Virus record (IMG/VR): IMGVR_UViG_3300009826_000020
Span: 19,019-83,018 of that record
DNA from: a virus
Taxonomy: Duplodnaviria; Caudoviricetes
Strand: one strand, 5' to 3'
DNA length: 64,000 bases
Each line of letters opens with the position of its first letter. Position 1 is the stretch's first letter. The notes below the pieces were generated by a model. That model was not told the DNA's origin. It worked only from the letters and a program-made list of their open reading frames with translations, and made no database searches. Position numbers and translations under genes: made by a program. This document shows, piece by piece, positions 56,591 to 63,090 of the stretch.

Positions 56591-57214
56591 TTACTCCTCC
56601 TCTTCGTTGATTTTCGACCAGTACGCCTTTTCCAGATCTTTGGCCTTGATCCGCACGATGCTCTCGATGGTGGCGACACTGAGGTCCCCATAATGAGCCA
56701 TGTCCTGAACAGCGCTCACAGCCTTCTGGTGTGTTACCAGTGCAGCCTGCTCTTTGTCCCAATAGGCCTCGGGTTGGATTTTCCCTTTTTCTTCCCAGTA
56801 GGCCTTATCGATGGCCTCGTTACGGGCACGCTGTATATTTGGCTTCCCCAACCAGGCGTCCTTGGCGTTCGCATCCACCAAGGCTCTTACAGCATCAAAG
56901 AACTCCGAGAGGAATCTGACCTGGAACTGGATATCCTGTGGAGCGATTTTTCCAAGGACTTCATCGATCTCGTCCTTGATCACGTCCACATGTGGCTTGA
57001 TGCGGCGCTCGAAATACCAGAGCTTGCCATGAGCCTCTGGTCCTCCCGCATCCTCGATGGCCTCTGCTCGCTCGATCTCCCTGTCTTCCAGGTTGAATTG
57101 GGCCTTGAGCCGCTCGATCTGCCTTGTGGCAGCTTCTCTCTCGCCCGCACTGGTGGTGCTGGCTGCCAGCTTGGTCATCTGCATGATTCTGTCGATGGCC
57201 TCGGCTTTATTCAT
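56591..57214 (-). CDS. DUF2786-like N-terminal domain protein
   Basis: IDRIMQMTKLAASTTSAGEREAA.RQIERLKAQFNL; ATGA overlap. Confidence 0.75.
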   Translation of the reverse strand: MNKAEAIDRIMQMTKLAASTTSAGEREAATRQIERLKAQFNLEDREIERAEAIEDAGGPEAHGKLWYFERRIKPHVDVIKDEIDEVLGKIAPQDIQFQVRFLSEFFDAVRALVDANAKDAWLGKPNIQRARNEAIDKAYWEEKGKIQPEAYWDKEQAALVTHQKAVSAVQDMAHYGDLSVATIESIVRIKAKDLEKAYWSKINEEEE

Positions 57215-57486
57215 TGTTGGGCCTTCCACCAGGCAAGCTCTTCTTCGTCGGTATCGAAGTCCTCGGCATTCTTGATACCCAGGATCTCGGCGCACTCAGG
57301 ACAGAGGTTGCCGGTTGTGAATTCGCCAGGGGTCCCAAGGGTTCCCTTCCCACAGACTGCTGTGGTGTTCCCCAGGTCGAGGATGACGAGGTGGATCATG
57401 CGGTTCTTGGGGGACGTGCTGGCTCTGCCCCAGCCGTAGCCTGTTTTGTATTGTCCGTACTCGACGGGGATTTTGGTAGCGCTCAT
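57211..57486 (-). CDS. hypothetical Zn-binding protein
   Basis: IHLV...VCG...LCPEC; TACACT box 9 nt upstream. Confidence 0.7.
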   Translation of the reverse strand: MSATKIPVEYGQYKTGYGWGRASTSPKNRMIHLVILDLGNTTAVCGKGTLGTPGEFTTGNLCPECAEILGIKNAEDFDTDEEELAWWKAQQ

Positions 57487-57502
57487 AGGTCAACCAGTGT
57501 AC

Positions 57503-57571
57503 CGGACAGCGAGCAGGGAGCTATGTGACGCATGTCACATCCTCGAGCCGTAGCCTTCTGCTCGCTGTCCG
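57503..57571. promoter_or_regulatory. divergent promoter region: 14-bp inverted repeat enclosing a perfect TGTGA-N6-TCACA box (57524-57539)
   Basis: CGGACAGCGAGCAG (57503-16) / CTGCTCGCTGTCCG (57558-71); -10 boxes TACCAT (+, 57573) and TACACT (-). Confidence 0.75.
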
Positions 57572-57585
57572 ATACCATGCCTGCC

Positions 57586-57819
57586 ATGGCTAACGATGAC
57601 TACCGTAAACTCCTGATCGAGACGGGGCAGCCCCAGGCTGATCTCGCCGCCAACACTGAGCAGACCTGGGATACCGACCAGCTACGGGCCGACTTCGAGG
57701 TGATCGGCTTCGCCGCCCCCTTCGTGGTGGTGCGCCGCAAGGCTGATGGCAAAAAGGGCACCCTCGAATTTGTGCCCGGTGAGCACCCTCGCCTCTATTT
57801 CGGCTGGGTGGAGGAATGA
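57586..57819 (+). CDS. conserved hypothetical protein
   Basis: ATG 7 nt after TACCAT; WDTDQLRADFEVIGFAAPFVVVRRKADGKKGTLEF. Confidence 0.8.
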   Translation: MANDDYRKLLIETGQPQADLAANTEQTWDTDQLRADFEVIGFAAPFVVVRRKADGKKGTLEFVPGEHPRLYFGWVEE

Positions 57820-58718
57820 GGATCCCCGACGCCCTCAAGGTTCGCCAGTGGTCTGAGAATCTCCTCCGACTCTCCTATGGAGGGCAGGAATTCGGATTCA
57901 AAGAGATGCAGACTGTGGTGGTGTCAAGGGATTTCTCCCGTTATGTTGCCGCCATGGCTGATCAATGGCCTCCGAATGACGTACTCGATTGGCCCTCGAT
58001 GGAGGATGTTGGTTGGCCGTTTCCTAACCATTCGACGCTCTTCGTCTTCGAGGAGCCGATCTTCATGGAGTTCCTCATAACCTCTGAGGACAATGAGGAG
58101 GCAAGGGTACCGATCATGCCCTTCAGGGATGAGCGGGAAGTTGTGGCCATGTTTTTGCTCGACAACAGGTTGATGAATATCAGTGTCGAGATTGACGGTA
58201 CGGCTAAAAGGCGTTTGGTGGTGCCACAGAATCAAGGTCCTTACAGGATGCAGGCTTCTGTCTTCATTCACCCTGACACCTCAACAACCTCGGGTTATTT
58301 CAACTGGGGCCTGGGTGTCACCCGGAATCCCGCCGAAGATCGCATGGGCTACTGCGCCCGGTGGGAACGATCCTTTGCCGAGGCTGTCGGTCACCGTATG
58401 TCTGTGGTGGCCGAGCCGCAGAATCTCCCCCGGCATGAGCGTCGGGCCATCCAACGCACAGAGGCCCCTTATCGGGTGCTTGACCTGCGTACCCCGGAGC
58501 GAGCCAAGGACAAGGCTGGGACTAGGAAGGTGGAATGGACAAAGCGCTGGGGTGTGCGGGGGCACTGGCGCAACCAGCCTTACGGTCCTCGGAAGGATCC
58601 GAAATACCGGCGGATCTGGATCGACTGGTTCCTTAAGGGGCCGGAAGACAAGCCCCTCGACATCCGGCCTACTATCTTCAAGCTCGACAACCCGTCCCCG
58701 AAGGAAGAAAATGGCTGA
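57816..58718 (+). CDS. hypothetical phage protein
   Basis: ATGA overlap; C-terminal WGVRGHWRNQPYGP...IWI...KGP motif. Confidence 0.8.
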   Translation: MRIPDALKVRQWSENLLRLSYGGQEFGFKEMQTVVVSRDFSRYVAAMADQWPPNDVLDWPSMEDVGWPFPNHSTLFVFEEPIFMEFLITSEDNEEARVPIMPFRDEREVVAMFLLDNRLMNISVEIDGTAKRRLVVPQNQGPYRMQASVFIHPDTSTTSGYFNWGLGVTRNPAEDRMGYCARWERSFAEAVGHRMSVVAEPQNLPRHERRAIQRTEAPYRVLDLRTPERAKDKAGTRKVEWTKRWGVRGHWRNQPYGPRKDPKYRRIWIDWFLKGPEDKPLDIRPTIFKLDNPSPKEENG

Positions 58719-59013
58719 GGCCTTTGAAGATGAATTCCCCCGCCACCTAGGCCCGCCGCCGGTCGCCAATTACACGGGCGCAAAACTCCACGATGCCACC
58801 AAGCCGGTCTACACCGTGGAATTGGATGCCGGTGCCTTTATGGCCCTGTGGGGTCACATGGAGGCCGAGGCGAAGCATCGCTTTCCGGTTCGGGAATCAA
58901 TGTCCTACGTCCGGGCATATCTCCGGGCCGTAACCGCCCTGAGGAAAAGCTACTGGGCAGCTAATCCGGCTCCTGATGCCCCGCCTCCCAGAAAGTTGGT
59001 GCGGAAGAGGTAA
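58711..59013 (+). CDS. hypothetical protein
   Basis: AAGGA RBS; ends PRKLVRKR. Confidence 0.72.
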   Translation: MAEAFEDEFPRHLGPPPVANYTGAKLHDATKPVYTVELDAGAFMALWGHMEAEAKHRFPVRESMSYVRAYLRAVTALRKSYWAANPAPDAPPPRKLVRKR

Positions 59014-59017
59014 TGAG

Positions 59018-59081
59018 AAAAGCCCCTGGGCAATATCCTGCCATGGGAAGGGGGATATTGGATGCTCCCAGGGGCTTTTTC
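59018..59081. terminator. bidirectional intrinsic terminator-like long hairpin
   Basis: 13-bp stem AAAAGCCCCTGGG/CCCAGGGGCTTTT plus inner 8-bp CAATATCC/GGATATTG, between convergent genes. Confidence 0.75.
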
Positions 59082-59095
59082 GTTGTGGACCTGCC

Positions 59096-59347
59096 TTATG
59101 AGGGTAGCACGTTGTCGAGCATGCCTAGTGCTGCCTCAAGGTGTAGGCGCAATTCATGTAGCTGTGTGTCCTGCTCCTCACCGGTTGCAGCGTGCCGGTA
59201 ATAGGTGACCGCCCGCCCCGCCGACATGATGGCCAGGTCGATCTGGCTGACGACCTCGCCCCGGGGCAGGGTCTCCGACCGGCGGCGGGCAGCCGCCCAG
59301 TAGCTCTCCTCCCGCCGCCCCCGACGCCAGGCTTTAAGAGCCGACAC
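59096..59347 (-). CDS. hypothetical protein
   Basis: GTG at 59347 overlapping the upstream stop region; helical; start uncertain. Confidence 0.55.
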   Translation of the reverse strand: MSALKAWRRGRREESYWAAARRRSETLPRGEVVSQIDLAIMSAGRAVTYYRHAATGEEQDTQLHELRLHLEAALGMLDNVLPS

Positions 59348-59720
59348 GCACCAGCCGCCGTCGAGGCGCAGGCTCAGGTTCTGGTGTCGGCAGCGGGGTG
59401 ATCGTGGCTCCCTCGCTCTTCGGCTTCCTGCGCTTGGCGGCGTCGGCTGCTTTCGCCTCGGGGGAGCCAGGTACCAATCCGTCCTTCCTGGGCCTCCCAC
59501 GGGGCCGTACAGCCCCGTTCGCCGGATGGGCTGATGCTGGTGTCTTCTGACGCTCAGGACGCCTCTGTGAGCCTTCAGGGGCCTCAGTGAGCAGTTCTAT
59601 CACCTGCATGGCCCACTCGATATCGGCCTGCCAGTCGGCTTCGCCGTTTACGGCATCCATCAGGTTCCGCAGGTGCTCGGCTGCTTCAGCGGTGGTACCC
59701 GGTATCTCGATTTTGCTCAC
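59334..59720 (-). CDS. AT-hook-containing protein
   Basis: GGAG RBS, GTGA overlap; RPRGRPRK; ends RRRLVRVGS. Confidence 0.72.
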   Translation of the reverse strand: MSKIEIPGTTAEAAEHLRNLMDAVNGEADWQADIEWAMQVIELLTEAPEGSQRRPERQKTPASAHPANGAVRPRGRPRKDGLVPGSPEAKAADAAKRRKPKSEGATITPLPTPEPEPAPRRRLVRVGS

Positions 59721-60064
59721 TTGCTCTCCAGTTCGTTCGCCCTGGCGACGGTGCTGCGCCAGTCCTTTTCCACAGGCTGGCCGCTCAGGATCCTGGGTGC
59801 CTTTCCAGGCGTCCATATACCTACGGCGTAGGCTCGCTGCGACCACCGGCACATAATACCCACGCCACGCCGCCACGGGGGCAAAATTTCCCGGGTCAAA
59901 GCGATGGAGATTCGTCGCTGGCGGGGATTGGGCTGGCCCTGCCAGGAGTAGAAGATCAGGAAAGAGGAAGTGTTATCAGGAACCGAGCGGGGGTCGGGGA
60001 GCTTCGGCAGAATCCACTCGTCGTTCTCCTCGGGGTCGACGTAGGCGTCGGGGTGTATCTCCAT
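59717..60064 (-). CDS. hypothetical protein (possibly fused to the upstream Pup-like segment)
   Basis: 115-aa ORF; ATG directly after a C6 run. Confidence 0.65.
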   Translation of the reverse strand: MEIHPDAYVDPEENDEWILPKLPDPRSVPDNTSSFLIFYSWQGQPNPRQRRISIALTREILPPWRRGVGIMCRWSQRAYAVGIWTPGKAPRILSGQPVEKDWRSTVARANELESK

Positions 60065-60167
60065 GGGGGGTGTTCTCTTCTAATACCTTGTCGATTTGAG
60101 CGAGCAGACTGGCGGTCTGCTCACTTACTTTTGGGTCTGGTTTCTGCTCCGACTTCTTTTGGCGCAC
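59976..60167 (-). CDS. Pup-like peptide
   Basis: GGGAG RBS + GTG; EQTASLLAQIDKVLEEN vs Pup EETDDLLDEIDDVLEEN. Confidence 0.6.
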   Translation of the reverse strand: MRQKKSEQKPDPKVSEQTASLLAQIDKVLEENTPHGDTPRRLRRPRGERRVDSAEAPRPPLGS

Positions 60168-60176
60168 ACCATCTCC

Positions 60177-60704
60177 CTACTCGGCTGCCCCCCAGCCTCC
60201 TCTTTCGCCGCCACCGTCTGGATGCTCTGGATGCTCGTTCTCCCCCAGCATGAATCCATGCGCCCCCCGAATGAAAGCGTGCGTCGATCCCGACATCTTG
60301 AATTGGTGCCAGGTGGAGGGCGGAATTCCGTTCCACTGCCAGGGCGTTCCGTCCGAGGTGAAAATCACCTCGACTGTTTGTCGGTTCCTCGAATACCTGG
60401 CCATCTGGGTGTATTTACGCATCGGTGACCGGGTATGCGTCGGCCAGTAATAGTCCCAGTCATCGTGGCTCTGGTAATTGGGCCGGTTCCGCTCTTCTGG
60501 GATGGTCGGGAAGTCCTGGGTGGCCTCCTGGCGTGCCTTTTGAAAGCTGGCTTCCTGCCGGTAGCTCCAGGGCTGATCTTCTGGTCGGTCCCCACTTGAA
60601 CCACGCTGGGCCGCTCGATCCGCTCGAACCCGATAGACGCTGACGCCCCTGCGGGCCGCTTCAGCCCGCAGGGATTCGGATCGAGGGTGTACAGGGGGCG
60701 GCAA
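60177..60704 (-). CDS. KTSC-like domain protein
   Basis: ARYSRNRQTVEVIF..GTPWQWNGIPPSTWHQFKMSGS..FI; TAA-TTG junction. Confidence 0.7.
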   Translation of the reverse strand: MPPPVHPRSESLRAEAARRGVSVYRVRADRAAQRGSSGDRPEDQPWSYRQEASFQKARQEATQDFPTIPEERNRPNYQSHDDWDYYWPTHTRSPMRKYTQMARYSRNRQTVEVIFTSDGTPWQWNGIPPSTWHQFKMSGSTHAFIRGAHGFMLGENEHPEHPDGGGERGGWGAAE

Positions 60705-61025
60705 TTAGGGAGAGGTCAGGCCCGGGATGGCTGGCCGCATGATCGCCCCTGAGGGGAATGTCTTGCCAGGCAGACCCGTCCAGTCCTCCGGGTGTTCCAT
60801 GGGAGCGACCCAGCCGCCGCCATCGGGCCAGGTTCCGGCCCAGAAGGGATCGATGGCATTGACTTGTGTCGGCACGTTGGGGTAGGTCGGGATGGAAAGC
60901 TCGCCGTCGACAAAGTCAGGTGGCAGAAGGGGAATCGGCAGTACGCCCGGGAACATGACCGGTGCGACACCAGCCAGCCGTCCACCTTCCTGTGCGACCC
61001 AGGCTCTCCAGTCAGTAACGGCCAT
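60705..61025 (-). CDS. Pro/Trp-rich hypothetical protein
   Basis: GGAGG RBS before ATG 61025. Confidence 0.62.
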   Translation of the reverse strand: MAVTDWRAWVAQEGGRLAGVAPVMFPGVLPIPLLPPDFVDGELSIPTYPNVPTQVNAIDPFWAGTWPDGGGWVAPMEHPEDWTGLPGKTFPSGAIMRPAIPGLTSP

Positions 61026-61027
61026 AT

Positions 61028-61369
61028 TCAGTCTTCCTCCATTTTGATGATATTGCCTTCCCTGACTCGCATGACCGGGATCCCGCCCTTTAAGTGAGCG
61101 AGTCTCTGACGTACGAGGTACATCTCCTGAAACGCAGCGTCCAGCCCGTCGATCTGTGTCTGCCGGTCGGATTCGACCTCGACCTTTTCCAGCAGAGAAA
61201 TGATGTGGTGCAGTCGATCCTGCCAGGACATTTTTGCAGCACGTATTTTCCGAGCAGCGACAGGATGAGCATTCTCCATGTGCTCGGTCAGGTCGCCCTC
61301 GACCGTTGTGCCGCAAATGGCGCACCAGCCCGGTAGCGGTGGTTCAGGAACAGGTTCGACGTCACTCAT
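61028..61369 (-). CDS. hypothetical protein with C2H2-like finger
   Basis: CAICG...HMENAH; TAGGCT 9 nt upstream. Confidence 0.7.
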   Translation of the reverse strand: MSDVEPVPEPPLPGWCAICGTTVEGDLTEHMENAHPVAARKIRAAKMSWQDRLHHIISLLEKVEVESDRQTQIDGLDAAFQEMYLVRQRLAHLKGGIPVMRVREGNIIKMEED

Positions 61370-61399
61370 ACGGCTCTCAGCCTAACCTAGGCTTGGGGC

Positions 61400-61675
61400 A
61401 TGAGCGTGGCCCTGAATACGCACCAGTTCCAAGAAAAACCGAACCGGTTTATGCCCAAGACTCGTGTGCGTGTGGACAAGCTCGTCGCCACCCAGGGCAA
61501 GGTCAACGAGAAAAAGGTCCATGCCATCGCCCAAAAATCCCCCGATGAGATTTCCGCAACTCCCGTGGTGAGCAGTAGGCACAAGGGCTACTACCACGTC
61601 CTCGACGGCCACCATCGGGTGGGAGCCGCCATAGAGCGGGGTGACAAATACATCACCGTGAAAAGAGTCCGATGA
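61400..61675 (+). CDS. ParB/Srx-like N-terminal domain protein
   Basis: KLVATQ, PVV...YHVLDGHHRVGAA. Confidence 0.82.
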   Translation: MSVALNTHQFQEKPNRFMPKTRVRVDKLVATQGKVNEKKVHAIAQKSPDEISATPVVSSRHKGYYHVLDGHHRVGAAIERGDKYITVKRVR

Positions 61676-61902
61676 AGGGCGACCAGAAAAAGAAGACGCA
61701 GTCGAGGGTAAATGCTCGTACGCCCAGGGCCACAAATTGGTCGATGTTCTACGCCGGGACGAATGGTGCCCGTGATCCGGGCCAGTGGCCGAGCATTATG
61801 CGAAGGGCCTGGGAAGCCCGCCAGGGTGGCACACAGCCGTACCCTATGGCTGCTGACAACATCCAGAGCCGTGGCTCCAGAGCGGAGCAGTACAGCCGGT
61901 GA
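61672..61902 (+). CDS. hypothetical protein
   Basis: ATGA and GTGA overlaps. Confidence 0.6.
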   Translation: MKGDQKKKTQSRVNARTPRATNWSMFYAGTNGARDPGQWPSIMRRAWEARQGGTQPYPMAADNIQSRGSRAEQYSR

Positions 61903-62267
61903 GTGCTACGGCCCTCAATCCCCGGCAGTTCGAGTACATCGATGTGAAGGGTGAGTCGCATCAGGTGTCCTCGACTGACTATGGGGTGGGTCGTATATCG
62001 ATTGAGAAAATCAAGGGTGGCATGAAGGTTCGTCCTGATTGGCAGAGCCGTACTGATATTCCCTTTGAAGAGACGGCTGGGCCGTCAATAAATGAACCTG
62101 AGACTGCTCATGATCCTGATACTTGGAATGTCACCTACCCTCGCAAGTACGGGCCTCATTATCCGAGTGGTACGAAATATCACGTTCTGATGACCAATCA
62201 GGAGATGGCCCCTATACGTGAAGCTCGACGGCGGGTACAGCGGGCCAGGATGGCGGCAGTGCGATGA
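61899..62267 (+). CDS. hypothetical protein
   Basis: coupled; N-terminal ALNPRQF. Confidence 0.72.
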   Translation: MSATALNPRQFEYIDVKGESHQVSSTDYGVGRISIEKIKGGMKVRPDWQSRTDIPFEETAGPSINEPETAHDPDTWNVTYPRKYGPHYPSGTKYHVLMTNQEMAPIREARRRVQRARMAAVR

Positions 62268-62455
62268 GTCGCCACGCCAATTTCCTTCAGGGCTTCCATG
62301 AACACGCCCTCACCACCAACCAGTATTCCCCAGGTCCCCCTGGAGGCCCACCTGGAAAAGGCAAGGGTCACTACTTCGTCCCTGAGTCGAAAGGCTCCCA
62401 GTGGTGCTCTGTCTGCGGGCAGCACTCCACCACTACCTCCCATCCGAGCCGATGA
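62264..62455 (+). CDS. hypothetical protein (CxxC..H)
   Basis: coupled; GH.F...WCSVCGQH. Confidence 0.62.
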   Translation: MSRHANFLQGFHEHALTTNQYSPGPPGGPPGKGKGHYFVPESKGSQWCSVCGQHSTTTSHPSR

Positions 62456-63090
62456 GTCACGCCGCCCTCTCCCGCCAGCAGTTCCCGGTTCATTCCTGGC
62501 AGACGGCGGATCCGCCCCCCTTCCCTATCGGTCCTGCCTCTGCCCAACGGAAGTCAGCCGGGGATTGGATAGGAAAACACGTTCACTCCACCGTGAAGCC
62601 CTCTGAAGAAGAGGGGTCGTATGTCATGAGTTCCTCTGGCATAAATGCCGTGGCTCGTGGGGCGAGTGACGTGCCGCCGGAGTTTAGGAAGGAGATGCAG
62701 CCTATCATCAAGGCTGTCGATAAATCGATTGCCGGGAGTCATGTGGACGTCAATACGACGGCCTATCGAGGTCAGCCGAAATCCATCCTTGCCGGGAAAA
62801 AGCGTGGTGACATAATTACCGACCCTGGTTTTAGCTCGACATCGCTCCTGAACCGTACAGCCGAAAGTTATACGGGGTCCAGTGGTGAGGTTGCCGAAGT
62901 ACGTATTCCTCAGGGTACCGAGGTCGGTGCGCCCACGATGAACATCAACCGGCAGATGCACGGGGCTGGTCGAGGAAATGCCGATCAGGAACTCCTCCTC
63001 GGTCGAGGCAGAAAATACATGGTCACCCGCACAGGCCCCCACCCGAGGGTGGAAGTGGTGCCCCGCTATGAACAGGGGAAGCTGTTTTGA
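62452..63090 (+). CDS. ADP-ribosyltransferase, VIP2/C3/Alt-like (R-S-E clade)
   Basis: YVMSSSGINAVARG, AYRG, GFSSTS, EVRIPQG, DQELLLGRG. Confidence 0.88.
   Translation: MSHAALSRQQFPVHSWQTADPPPFPIGPASAQRKSAGDWIGKHVHSTVKPSEEEGSYVMSSSGINAVARGASDVPPEFRKEMQPIIKAVDKSIAGSHVDVNTTAYRGQPKSILAGKKRGDIITDPGFSSTSLLNRTAESYTGSSGEVAEVRIPQGTEVGAPTMNINRQMHGAGRGNADQELLLGRGRKYMVTRTGPHPRVEVVPRYEQGKLF

Noticed and set aside
56438-57439. 333-aa plus-strand ORF
   Set aside because: Antisense to a coupled minus-strand operon containing the DUF2786-like gene
59013-59201. 62-aa ORF
   Set aside because: Runs through the terminator hairpin and antisense into the convergent gene
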